Shown here one piece after another: positions 48,395-57,513 of a DNA stretch of 64,000 nucleotides. This DNA is from Actinomycetota bacterium (GTDB taxonomy: Bacteria; Actinomycetota; Acidimicrobiia; Acidimicrobiales; JAMCPD01), in assembly GCA_023379935.1 (NCBI GenBank), contig JAMCPD010000017.1:67420-131419 (forward strand), given 5' to 3'. Position numbers and translations under genes: made by a program. The notes under the pieces are model-generated. The model worked only from the letters and a program-made list of their open reading frames with translations, was not told where the DNA came from and did not search any database. The stretch's first letter is position 1. Every line of letters starts with the position of its first letter.

Positions 48395-49357
48395 TCAAGT
48401 AGTCAATGGCCACATTAAAAGTGCCAATAATAACATAGACGGTCCAAGATTTGGGTCTGTTCCAAAACCCGTAAACATGCCACCAAAGTTTTGACCCGCT
48501 ATCCAATATATGATGCTAACAATCATACCTGCAACCAGAGTAGCTTTGTAAGTGAAGGGACGTAAAATCCAAATTCCTATTAAAACCTGAACAATCATCA
48601 ATACAAGGGCTATTAGCATCCCATGTGAAGCGGTTGTGTGAGCCAACCATCGGTCAAAGGCGGCTATCGGATAAGGTTCACCGGTTGCCTCCCCTTTTAT
48701 TTGTGCAGATATAGCTCCTGGCGCATGATTTCCTATCTGTAGTTCCAAGAGTGCTGTTGACACCCAGATAAAGACCCAGGCTATTTTTACTCCTGTTTCA
48801 CCGATAAAGCCATTGGCGGCTATTGTGTTTCTTTTTGCCAATTGAGGCTTTGAGCTTGTCACAGGATTTGTTGCGGGCCAAAGAGCCAAACTAAGTATTC
48901 CATAAACGAATGCCGCTCCCGGGGCACCTTGGAGCATAGAACTTTGTGGTATCATAAGCCCCCCTAAACCTTCACCGACTGTCCAAACAACCAAACTCCA
49001 GAAGAATGAAGCACCCAACGCGGGTTTTAGGAGATATTTTGCGGTTGATAAAGCAGAAAAGAGCAGGCATATGCCGATGGTAAGTTGGATCACACCAAAT
49101 GTGACATCAAATATTACGGGATGTGCAGTGACAACTAAGGCCAGAAAATGAATAGATGATTTTATGATATTTGCTCTTCCCATAGTGTTGTTGCCTATAA
49201 TCTCGGCGGCAAACTTTTTTGTCAGCATTTGTGGTTGGAACTGTAAAGCACCATCCAGCAACCATAAACATCCGAATGCAACTTGAATGTGCTTGGATTG
49301 CAACTGAGACGGCTTCAAGATACTATGGTCTTTTGACGGGAGACAAGGCTGATCCAT
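48395..49357 (-). CDS. polytopic membrane protein, unknown function
   Basis: 320 aa with about 8 TM helices. The annotated ATG shares a CATG with the divergent gene's ATG, so the true start may be a downstream TTG. Confidence 0.5.
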   Translation of the reverse strand: MDQPCLPSKDHSILKPSQLQSKHIQVAFGCLWLLDGALQFQPQMLTKKFAAEIIGNNTMGRANIIKSSIHFLALVVTAHPVIFDVTFGVIQLTIGICLLFSALSTAKYLLKPALGASFFWSLVVWTVGEGLGGLMIPQSSMLQGAPGAAFVYGILSLALWPATNPVTSSKPQLAKRNTIAANGFIGETGVKIAWVFIWVSTALLELQIGNHAPGAISAQIKGEATGEPYPIAAFDRWLAHTTASHGMLIALVLMIVQVLIGIWILRPFTYKATLVAGMIVSIIYWIAGQNFGGMFTGFGTDPNLGPSMLLLALLMWPLTT

Positions 49358-50528
49358 GATATTTTCTAAACGAACTTTAAAAACGCGAACTTTACAAACA
49401 TTTCTTCACACAACAGTAGCAGTTGTTCTATCCGCCCTGTTTTTAACTTCTTGTGCAGGCCCAGGTAATCATGTTGACAATATTAGCCATGCCGGTCACA
49501 ACTCTGTTATGTTGTCGCCCTCATTGTTAACTTACGGAACTGTTCCTCCACAGGTTCCGATAGTTCCCCCGCAAGTTCCAATACCAAAAATACCAATGCA
49601 AAAGGTTATTCATGCCATTAAAGAACTTTCCGCCGGGCGAGGTTTCATTGTTCACATCTACACCACTTGGGCTGAGTACCCATCTGTTTTACCGGCTTTA
49701 AATACTGAAATAAAACAGTACGCTTTAGCCGGGTTCACTGTTAGCTTAACTCTTCGTTATATGCCGCCTTTGGGCCATAATGGCGATATCCAAGGTTTTG
49801 TGAATTATGTTCAAAATATGGTAGCCGATCTTGCCCATCAACCGGCGGTTAAATTTCTACAGATAACAAACGAACCAAACTCATCTGTAAATCCCGCTGC
49901 TTCTGACGGCGCTTATCAAAATGTCCTCAGCGCGCTTGTATTGGGGATAGAAGCTGCACATGTAGAACAGATCAAGGTTGGATCACACGCAGCACTTGGG
50001 TTCAACTGGTTTTATTCTTTCGGTGTGCAATCAGATAAGGCTTGGTGGAAAAGCTTAGGACAGTTAGGAGGTTTGAATTTTGTAAAAGACGTTGACTGGA
50101 TAGGAGTTGATCTATATCCCGGTACTTATGTTCCCTTGACATTTCCGTCCCCTAAAAGCCCTAAGTTTGTCGATGTGGCAAAAGCGGATGTAGCCAATGC
50201 TTTGGGATATGTACGCACAAAGTTGATGCCGCTTGCCGGTTTTGGCGCTAATGTTCCTATGGGTATTTCAGAAATCGGCTGGGCAACCAGTCCGCCTACT
50301 CGTTCTTTTGCAACTCAGGCCCGCCTTGTTACAGCTTTTAGCCAATCTGCTTGCTCTGTAGCACAAAAAGATAACTTGGTATTTTTGCAGTGGTTTAATC
50401 TGGCTGACAACTTTACGCCTCTTGTACAAAGTCCCCTAAAGATGGGAATTATGAAGGCCGACCTTTCTCCAAAGCCTGCTTTTTACGCTTATCAATCGGT
50501 TGTCCGTCACGGTTGCCCGATATCTTAG
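49356..50528 (+). CDS. lipoprotein, clan GH-A-like glycoside hydrolase
   Basis: Lipobox LTSCAG. ITNEPN is a candidate acid/base motif and ISEIGW a candidate nucleophile motif, as in (beta/alpha)8 clan A hydrolases. Confidence 0.55.
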   Translation: MIFSKRTLKTRTLQTFLHTTVAVVLSALFLTSCAGPGNHVDNISHAGHNSVMLSPSLLTYGTVPPQVPIVPPQVPIPKIPMQKVIHAIKELSAGRGFIVHIYTTWAEYPSVLPALNTEIKQYALAGFTVSLTLRYMPPLGHNGDIQGFVNYVQNMVADLAHQPAVKFLQITNEPNSSVNPAASDGAYQNVLSALVLGIEAAHVEQIKVGSHAALGFNWFYSFGVQSDKAWWKSLGQLGGLNFVKDVDWIGVDLYPGTYVPLTFPSPKSPKFVDVAKADVANALGYVRTKLMPLAGFGANVPMGISEIGWATSPPTRSFATQARLVTAFSQSACSVAQKDNLVFLQWFNLADNFTPLVQSPLKMGIMKADLSPKPAFYAYQSVVRHGCPIS

Positions 50529-50566
50529 ATCTTATGGTCGAGATATAGTTCACGGTTCGAGAACAG

Positions 50567-51001
50567 ATGCTATACTTGTTTGAGTTGATGAACGATGTAA
50601 CCTCGAATACTCCATCGCAATCTTATCCGCTTGACCTGGAGATGTTAGCGGCTGCCCTACGGGCGGATACCGGTGATATTGCTACATTTTTTGAGGTGTT
50701 AGCCAAGAAGTTGATTGATATTCTGGGTGAACGCGTAACGCTAGAGCGTGAAGGAGGTATCTTCCATAAAGAACACAAGATCCTTCGGATCTCTGTCGAG
50801 CTTGGTGATACCTATCTTGAAATTGAAAAAGTCCAAGAGCGTGTTGTATGTCGCCAACGACATGCCGTAAAAGGAATCGTGCTCAAGACTGCGGAAGTGG
50901 CATTTGCAGACTGGCTTACCGTATTGGTAGGTCTTTTGGCGGAAGAATCACGTCAAAATGAAGCTACACGAAAAGCCCTAGAGGAAATTTTGCTGAAATA
51001 G
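50567..51001 (+). CDS. hypothetical cytoplasmic protein upstream of the YbjQ triplet
   Basis: 144-aa ORF with no motif I recognise. The start may be at 50588. Confidence 0.4.
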   Translation: MLYLFELMNDVTSNTPSQSYPLDLEMLAAALRADTGDIATFFEVLAKKLIDILGERVTLEREGGIFHKEHKILRISVELGDTYLEIEKVQERVVCRQRHAVKGIVLKTAEVAFADWLTVLVGLLAEESRQNEATRKALEEILLK

Positions 51002-51133
51002 TTTGGTCGACATGGCCGAGATATGGCGAATCGGGATAATCTGCCAAGCTGACGATTTATTGGAAGTAATCCAGGCTAATGTTAGCATAGCTGAAGTTGT
51101 TAACAAAGCTGTTGGAAAAAGGAGTTTTATTCT

Positions 51134-52009
51134 ATGATTGAAGTTGATGATAGCACCAGCGTTGATGGCGCCGGCATGTCTGCAGCATCGAGAGGTGCTG
51201 ATACCCCTTCATTTTCACTTCCTCCTGACGCTATAAAACGTCTTGGCGAACTTGAAGGCAAGGAGGGGAAAGGTGGGCTGTTTACCAGTGATCTGTCGGT
51301 TAATGAGTTTTTGCTTGTCAAGGAGGTTGGGTTTCACCCCAGGGGGCTCGTACTGGGCAGTTCTATCTATCATATTGGACTCCAAGGCCGCAGTTGGACA
51401 AGCAACCAGGAACTCAGTTCACTTACCCAGGCTATGTACACAGCCAGAGAGTTGGCTATGTCCAGAATGGAAGCTGAGGCTGACGTACTGGGTTCAGATG
51501 GTGTCGTAGGTGTACGCTTGGATATCAACTTCTACGATTGGGGACAGCACTCTGCTGAATTTATAGCTATTGGTACAGCTGTGTCCGCACAAGATGGGAA
51601 AAGTTGGAGAACTCCCGAGGGCAAACCGTTTACCAGCGACTTGAGCGGCCAGGATTTTTGGACACTCCTGCACTCCGGATATATGCCGCTTGGCCTTGTC
51701 ATGGGAACTTGTGTTTATCATGTAGCTCACCAAGGTCTTGGTAAAAAAATTGGTCAGATTGGGCGTAACACTGAAATGGAAAACTTTACTCAAGCTCTGT
51801 ATGAGGCCCGTGAACTGGCTATGGAGCGTATGCAAGAAGAAGCAACCAGAGTTGGAGCCGAAGGTATAGTGGGGGTGCAGTTGGTAGAAAAATCACACTT
51901 TTGGGGTAGTCACGTAATTGAGTTTTTGGCTATTGGCACTGCTGTTCGGCCCATTAAAGTCGACCACGTAATTGAGCCGCCACAGATGGTTCTTTCTTTA
52001 GATACATGA
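51134..52009 (+). CDS. double YbjQ (UPF0145/DUF74) domain protein, paralog 1
   Basis: Two YbjQ-like halves. Each runs S/TSDLS...GY.PLGLVMG..(I/V)YH...Y.AREL.A..RM..EA...G(A/S)(D/E)G(I/V)VGV.L......EF.AIGTAV. AAAGGAG lies before the ATG. Confidence 0.75.
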   Translation: MIEVDDSTSVDGAGMSAASRGADTPSFSLPPDAIKRLGELEGKEGKGGLFTSDLSVNEFLLVKEVGFHPRGLVLGSSIYHIGLQGRSWTSNQELSSLTQAMYTARELAMSRMEAEADVLGSDGVVGVRLDINFYDWGQHSAEFIAIGTAVSAQDGKSWRTPEGKPFTSDLSGQDFWTLLHSGYMPLGLVMGTCVYHVAHQGLGKKIGQIGRNTEMENFTQALYEARELAMERMQEEATRVGAEGIVGVQLVEKSHFWGSHVIEFLAIGTAVRPIKVDHVIEPPQMVLSLDT

Positions 52010-53034
52010 TGAACTCTCCTAAGAAGCCTGAAGATATCACCGGGGCCGGACCGGTTGGTGCCGGATCGACTGGCAATGAGATTGACGACGTCGGTGATTT
52101 ACCTGAAGCTGCTCGTAGCCGAATTAGGGAAACAGAGGAACATGGAGGTGCGTGGAGCAGTGATTTATCGGTAGATGAGGCTCTGGCTATCTCAACTGCC
52201 GGCTATAAGCCCCTAGGTTTGGTGATGGGTAGCTCTATTTATCACATAGGATTTGGTGGAACTGGTGCTTTTTCAACTGGTGGAGGGTTGCTGAGTGCGG
52301 GAGGTGCCTTCGGTCCGGGATATTCTGGCGCATTGGGTACTTCTTCAAGAAGAATTGGTACAAACGGTTACTACCAGATGTATCCCTGCCCTCACGGTTA
52401 TACCATGGTTGCAGGAGATCACTATGCCGGTGTTAACTGGGAGAATACTATTTTTGAAGAGGGGATGACCAAAGCACGCAACTTGGCTATAGGGCGACTT
52501 GTCGAGGAAGCAAAAGGGCTTGGGGCGCATGGCGTTGTGGGAGTGGAGCTTACTTTGCGCCCTTTTGCCGATACGAATTCGGTCTTGGAGTTTACTGCCT
52601 TTGGTACTGCGATATATAGTCTGGGTGCGCCAGCGGTATCCACCCCATTTACTTCCAACCTATCGGGACAAAGTTTTGAAAAGTTGCTGTTGACCGGCTA
52701 TATGCCGGTGGCTCTTGTTATGGGGGTAGCTGCAATTGAAGCTGATGCCGGGTGTGCAACCGACTACCGGCTTGGGTCATGGGTTAACAACGAGGTGAGC
52801 CAATACACCGATGCGGTGCAGTTATGTCGAGAGATGGCAGTGGAGCGTTTAGAGTCTGAGGCGGCGCAATTTGGTGATGGGGTGGTTGGTACATGGGTAG
52901 ATTTTAACCTGCATGAGATAGGGGAACGTTCCAAGTTAATTGAGATGACTGTTTTGGGTACTGCTGTCAAACGGTTTAGCGATACCCGCCTTGCTTCTCC
53001 CCCTCTGCCCATCATGAGGTTGGTTGATAAATGA
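52006..53034 (+). CDS. double YbjQ domain protein, paralog 2 (Gly-rich insertion in first domain)
   Basis: The start overlaps paralog 1's stop (ATGA). It has the same two-domain pattern, with an insertion of about 60 aa (GFGGTGAFSTGGGLLSAGGAFGPGYSG...). Confidence 0.75.
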   Translation: MMNSPKKPEDITGAGPVGAGSTGNEIDDVGDLPEAARSRIRETEEHGGAWSSDLSVDEALAISTAGYKPLGLVMGSSIYHIGFGGTGAFSTGGGLLSAGGAFGPGYSGALGTSSRRIGTNGYYQMYPCPHGYTMVAGDHYAGVNWENTIFEEGMTKARNLAIGRLVEEAKGLGAHGVVGVELTLRPFADTNSVLEFTAFGTAIYSLGAPAVSTPFTSNLSGQSFEKLLLTGYMPVALVMGVAAIEADAGCATDYRLGSWVNNEVSQYTDAVQLCREMAVERLESEAAQFGDGVVGTWVDFNLHEIGERSKLIEMTVLGTAVKRFSDTRLASPPLPIMRLVDK

Positions 53035-53047
53035 GTTTGGAGGATAG

Positions 53048-53815
53048 GTGAAACGAGTTTTTTCATCTGACTTAAGCATAGATGAGGCAATACTGTTAGC
53101 TGATACCGACTATGAGCCTTGCGGGCTTGCTACCGGAAGTTCGATATTTCACATAGGTATGATCCCCTCTTGGGGACTTGGTCAAAATATGGAGATCAAA
53201 GAGCTTTCCTCTGCTATGTATGAAGCCAGACGACTTGCTATGGGACGCTTAGTTTCTACTGCCAATAAGGTGGGTGGGCAAGGAGTGGTGGGAGTAACAC
53301 TTGATATTAATATGTTTGAAGGGCATAATCATCTGGCTGTGTTCAATGCAATGGGAACAGCAGTTAGAAAGATAGGGGGTGGTGAAAGTTCAGGGCATAA
53401 GCACCAACCCAGCTGTTTTACCAGCGACCTGAGCGGCCAGGACTTTTATCTGTTGCTGCGCGCGGGCTACCTTCCGCTTGGTATGGTAATGGGGACGTGT
53501 GTATATTACGTGGCAAGACAGCAGATGGCCACCTGGATGCGTTCTCAAACGCAAAATATCGAAATTGCTACATATACCTCTGCTTTGTATGATGCAAGGG
53601 AACTGGCAATGGGCAGAATGCAGCAAGAAGCCTTACGGCTTGGAGCAGATGGCATAGTTGGCGTAAAGGTTACCGAGCAGTCGCATGTGTGGGGGAGCCA
53701 TGTTATTGAGTTTTTTGTGCTGGGGACAGCGGTGCGTTTAACCGGCAAAGAGCATCGTAAGCTGGAGCCTCGTTCTGTGTTGCCCTTAGATGATTTCCCA
53801 GCGGTGGTTTTTTAG
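53048..53815 (+). CDS. double YbjQ domain protein, paralog 3
   Basis: GTG start 13 nt after the previous stop, behind GGAGGATAG. It shows the same two-domain pattern (FSSDLSIDE..., FTSDLSGQDFYLLLRAGYLPLGMVMG). Confidence 0.75.
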   Translation: MKRVFSSDLSIDEAILLADTDYEPCGLATGSSIFHIGMIPSWGLGQNMEIKELSSAMYEARRLAMGRLVSTANKVGGQGVVGVTLDINMFEGHNHLAVFNAMGTAVRKIGGGESSGHKHQPSCFTSDLSGQDFYLLLRAGYLPLGMVMGTCVYYVARQQMATWMRSQTQNIEIATYTSALYDARELAMGRMQQEALRLGADGIVGVKVTEQSHVWGSHVIEFFVLGTAVRLTGKEHRKLEPRSVLPLDDFPAVVF

Positions 53816-53827
53816 AAAACGTTTCTG

Positions 53828-53873
53828 TTTGACCGGGTTAGCAGGTTTGACCGGGTTAGCAGGTTTGACCGGG
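53828..53873. repeat. 18-bp tandem repeat, 2.5 copies, spanning the stop codon of the GH5 gene
   Basis: tttgaccgggttagcagg is repeated. The unit contains the last codons (GQTC) and the TAA of the minus-strand gene. Confidence 0.9.
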
Positions 53874-55436
53874 CGTGATCTCAACTGATACATTTTGTGG
53901 CAAGGCGGTGGCACCGGAGGCAGCGGTAACGGTCATTAGCGGTGCGCATGGGTTTGAGGTTACCGTTACGCCGTGTGCTATTACGTTGTATCCGGTTGGA
54001 TAGTCCAGTTTTGGCACTACGAATGAGGTTATAGCATTAGGAGTAAATACTTTACCGTCTACTCCCCTTGTCGACCAGGTAAAATTCAGGATATGAGAGG
54101 ATGCGTCATAAGAAAGAGTTTTGGGGGTGCCGGCGATAGCCAAGGGATAAGGTTGTACAAGTGTACTTGCAACCCCTTGATTGAGGTTGGTACCTGTGGG
54201 TGGTAGTGAGAGGTTGGACACCACGCCTCCATTGAATGACCAGTAGATCCAAGGCAGCATTGCACTGTCGATCTGGCTGGATTCTGCAGCGATATCAACC
54301 GGGTTGGTTGTTCCGCCCCATTCAGTATTGAGTAATGCACCGCCGGTCAGCTGTGACCAAGAGATTGCATTTGTCAGTACCTGTTGTGCTTGTGATGTGG
54401 TGAGCGCGTACTGGTGAAAGCTAAGACCGCTGTTGGGGTCGTTGCCGGGTAAGGAGATATTGGTTCTTGAGAGCCCTTGATTGAAAAGTACAAAAGGCTC
54501 GACAAATACAATATGCGTATGATCTGCCAAGCGAGCTGCATGATCAGCAGTTTTATAAAATGGGTCCAACTCTTTGTGATCAAGTGTTGGACAACCGGAT
54601 GCGTTGATAAGACATATACCGGCTGTTTTACCGGGCCACGGCTCGTTCAGTATATCATACCCGAGTACCCATGGGTTTGCTCCAAAACGAGCGGCAACGG
54701 CAGTTAGCATGGCGGCGTAGTATTGTTGCAATCCCAGGCCACCCGGTACTTTTTCATTGTCCCAAAAGCTTTTGAACGCTTGTTGGACTGCAGGATTTGT
54801 TAGGTAATCAACCGGAAAGTTGGCGCGGCGATTAGGCGCACCGTTTGTGAGGGTCATCCAAGCGGGAAAGCCGTCAAACCCGACGCTCGGGCCGTATGCA
54901 TCTTGGTGAAAGTCCAACAGTACAAAGATGTGATGTTGGGTTAGGCTTTGTACGGTAGTGGCAAGGTTGTTGAGATAGGTCGTATCAATGTGACCAGGGC
55001 TCGGCATGAGCCCGGTTGCGAGTACACCAAGGCGCACAACATAGAGACCGTTTGAAGCCAGCCAGGCTGCATCAGTATTGCCGAATCCAAAAGCAGACGG
55101 ATAATATGGCGGTCTCTTTTCTACCATATTAACTCCGTGCAACAACACCACACGTCCTGCGGCATCAGTAAGCCATCTGTCATAGTGGGAGATTGGCCCG
55201 ACGACAAAGGGGTTAGCAGCAGCCAGAACCATGTTGTAGTGACCGGTGGCTATGGTAATTGTTGTCGTAGTTGTGGCAGTCGTGGTAGTCGGTCTTGGTT
55301 TGTTGGCGGCTTTGGCGCTGGCGCAGCTCATCATCAGTATTGCGCTGATCGCACTAAGCAACAGTCCCAGCGGTATTAATGATATTCGCAAGGGTTTTCT
55401 GCTCCCAGCTTGTTCGGGTTGGTGAAAACGGTCCAT
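53856..55436 (-). CDS. secreted glycoside hydrolase family 5 (endoglycoceramidase/cellulase-like) with C-terminal beta-sandwich
   Basis: Signal peptide, then ILNEPW (acid/base) and NTEWGG (nucleophile). The length is 526 aa. Confidence 0.8.
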   Translation of the reverse strand: MDRFHQPEQAGSRKPLRISLIPLGLLLSAISAILMMSCASAKAANKPRPTTTTATTTTTITIATGHYNMVLAAANPFVVGPISHYDRWLTDAAGRVVLLHGVNMVEKRPPYYPSAFGFGNTDAAWLASNGLYVVRLGVLATGLMPSPGHIDTTYLNNLATTVQSLTQHHIFVLLDFHQDAYGPSVGFDGFPAWMTLTNGAPNRRANFPVDYLTNPAVQQAFKSFWDNEKVPGGLGLQQYYAAMLTAVAARFGANPWVLGYDILNEPWPGKTAGICLINASGCPTLDHKELDPFYKTADHAARLADHTHIVFVEPFVLFNQGLSRTNISLPGNDPNSGLSFHQYALTTSQAQQVLTNAISWSQLTGGALLNTEWGGTTNPVDIAAESSQIDSAMLPWIYWSFNGGVVSNLSLPPTGTNLNQGVASTLVQPYPLAIAGTPKTLSYDASSHILNFTWSTRGVDGKVFTPNAITSFVVPKLDYPTGYNVIAHGVTVTSNPCAPLMTVTAASGATALPQNVSVEITPGQTC

Positions 55437-55546
55437 TTTCCCATTGTATCGTTTTTGAGTGTTGACAGCACTTTATTGTTGTGACTTTTGACGGTTTTGG
55501 TTTGTTACCTGTTATTATCATGTGGGTCGGTATGGGTTGCCAGCGA

Positions 55547-55580
55547 TAATCTAAGTTTGATAACCTAAGTTTGACCTAAA
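55547..55580. repeat. 14-bp tandem repeat, 2.4 copies, abutting a start codon
   Basis: taatctaagtttga is followed by taacctaagtttga and then cctaaa, immediately before ATG 55581. Confidence 0.85.
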
Positions 55581-56405
55581 ATGCCAGAAAAAAGTTTTCG
55601 TAGTTTTGACGGAATTCGCCTTGTTTATGATGATCGGAGGATGACGACCGGTGTAGACAACGGTTTAACCGTCTTGTTGTTGCATGGTTTTGCGGCTGAC
55701 AGTCACATTACATGGGAAAAGCCGAAAATAGCGGATGCACTTGTAAATGCCGGTTACAGGGTACTTTCATTTGATGCTCGCGGTCATGGCCGTTCCGATA
55801 AGCCACATGAGGTTACTGCTTACTCTGACGACGCCATGGTAAAAGATGCTGAAGCTCTTCTTGATTATTTAGGCTTTCAGTACAATGGCGATATGCGGGT
55901 TGTGGTAATGGGCTATTCCATGGGCGGTGTAATCGCTCTTCAACTTGCACAGACGGATACGAGAGTTATAGCTGCGGTACTGGGAGGCGTTGGTAAGGCT
56001 ATGGCGGATAGAGACTGGACTTGGGACGCACAGTTAATTGCTGAGGCGTTATCAGCACCGTCTGTTATGGATGTAGCCGATGCCAGAGGGCGGGCTTACC
56101 GCCAATTTGCCCAAGCAGCCGGTGGTGATCTGGTTGCACTTGCCGCTACTCAGCGGGCTTTGCCATATCCATTGGATATCAACCTTTCCGACACTAAAGT
56201 ACCGGTACTCGTGATTGCCGGAAATACCGATAAAGTAGCCGGATCTCCAACTGAACTGGCTGCTCTTATTGGTAATGCACGAAGCGTAACAGTCAACGGT
56301 AATCATATGAACGCCTTATTTGACCCGCAGTTTATTGCTTCCGTGCTTGAGTTTTTAGCTGATGTTTACAAAGATGTTCAAGCGGAATATCAGCAAAATA
56401 GTTAA
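55581..56405 (+). CDS. alpha/beta hydrolase
   Basis: The motifs LLLHGF and GYSMGG, with a late His (NGNHM). Confidence 0.75.
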   Translation: MPEKSFRSFDGIRLVYDDRRMTTGVDNGLTVLLLHGFAADSHITWEKPKIADALVNAGYRVLSFDARGHGRSDKPHEVTAYSDDAMVKDAEALLDYLGFQYNGDMRVVVMGYSMGGVIALQLAQTDTRVIAAVLGGVGKAMADRDWTWDAQLIAEALSAPSVMDVADARGRAYRQFAQAAGGDLVALAATQRALPYPLDINLSDTKVPVLVIAGNTDKVAGSPTELAALIGNARSVTVNGNHMNALFDPQFIASVLEFLADVYKDVQAEYQQNS

Positions 56406-56408
56406 CAA

Positions 56409-56432
56409 TAGTTCTAGCAAATGTTAGAATAA
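56409..56432. promoter_or_regulatory. operator-like palindrome, degenerate copy (site 3), overlapping a -10 box
   Basis: TAGTTCTAG-CAAATG-TTAGAATAA matches the consensus TTATTCTAG-N6-CTAGAATAA at 7/9 and 8/9 positions in the two arms. TAGAAT at 56425-56430 lies 8 nt before ATG 56439, which suggests a leaderless mRNA. Confidence 0.5.
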
Positions 56433-56438
56433 ATACTT

Positions 56439-57116
56439 ATGTCGGACAGTTGGTTACAGAAGCAAGCACGGGCATTGGGGGATCCCACTCGTTATGCAAT
56501 CTTTCGTTATATATACAATGCCGCCCAACCGGTTAATGTGGCTGAGATAACGAAAGTTTTTGGGTTGAATCACAATGCAATCAGACAGCATTTGGCAAAG
56601 CTTCAAGAAGCGGAGTTGGTGCTTTATAGCCGCGCTGTTTCAACGGCACGCGGCAGACCTACTTTGGTTTACAAGATTCATCCGGGAGTTCAAGGTACCT
56701 GGGAAACTGACGGTCCCTATGAGCGTTTATCCTTGATGTTGCTGGAGATGCTCAAGTTGGGTAACTCTGCTTATGAAGTTGGTTTACATGCTTTCAAAGA
56801 CGTGAGGGTAAAAGCCGCTCCGGATGATGATATCCTGGTTGCCTTTCAACAAGAAATTGCCAAGCAGGGATTTAGACCCGTCTTAGTAAAAGATCGTATA
56901 AAAGGCGGTCGCGGTTGTGAGTTTGTACTTGCACACTGCCCATTTTCAAATGCAGCAGTTGTTGCTCCAAAAATTGTGTGTGAACTTCATCATGGGCTTG
57001 CACAAGGCCTTGCTCAAAGCCTTGGCAAAACATTTGGAGAGCCTATACGGACAATAACTCTTACCCCCACCAAAGCTGACCATCCTCATTGCCGGCTCCG
57101 TATAGAGCTTGGCTAG
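56439..57116 (+). CDS. ArsR/SmtB-type winged-helix regulator with Cys/His-containing C-terminal domain
   Basis: The N-terminal pattern LGDPTRYAIFRYI...VAEITKVFGLNHNAIRQHLAKL is ArsR-like. The C-terminal part carries HCPF...CELHHG. Confidence 0.75.
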   Translation: MSDSWLQKQARALGDPTRYAIFRYIYNAAQPVNVAEITKVFGLNHNAIRQHLAKLQEAELVLYSRAVSTARGRPTLVYKIHPGVQGTWETDGPYERLSLMLLEMLKLGNSAYEVGLHAFKDVRVKAAPDDDILVAFQQEIAKQGFRPVLVKDRIKGGRGCEFVLAHCPFSNAAVVAPKIVCELHHGLAQGLAQSLGKTFGEPIRTITLTPTKADHPHCRLRIELG

Positions 57117-57147
57117 CGGTGTTTAGGCTTATTTTGTTGTAGGTGGT

Positions 57148-57513
57148 TTATCTGCCATGCCATCCTAACATTTGTGCAGCTTTTTCACTCATACGTTCAG
57201 GCGACCAAGGCGGATCCCAGACTACCTGAACTTCTATTCGGCACTGGGGAGGGAAAACTTGTGAAAGCGCCCACTTTGCCTCTTGGGGCAGGCTTTCTGA
57301 AACAGGACACCCGGGTGTTGTGAGAGTCATCTCCAAGTATACATTTGTAGCACTGGCTATGAGCTTGTAAACCAGTCCTAAGTTTATTATATCAATGTTT
57401 AACTCTGGATCGACAACGTTATATAAAGCATTTACAGCTATTTCGTTGTAGTCTTGGTCGTTGCTGCCGTTTTGGCTATCGGCATCGCTGTTTTGGTAAT
57501 TATAATCTTGCAT
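57148..57513 (-). CDS. DUF59 (SufT/MIP18-like) Fe-S assembly-related protein
   Basis: NALYNVVDPELNIDIINLGLVY...MTLTTPGCP is the DUF59 signature. The N-terminus is acidic. Confidence 0.8.
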   Translation of the reverse strand: MQDYNYQNSDADSQNGSNDQDYNEIAVNALYNVVDPELNIDIINLGLVYKLIASATNVYLEMTLTTPGCPVSESLPQEAKWALSQVFPPQCRIEVQVVWDPPWSPERMSEKAAQMLGWHGR

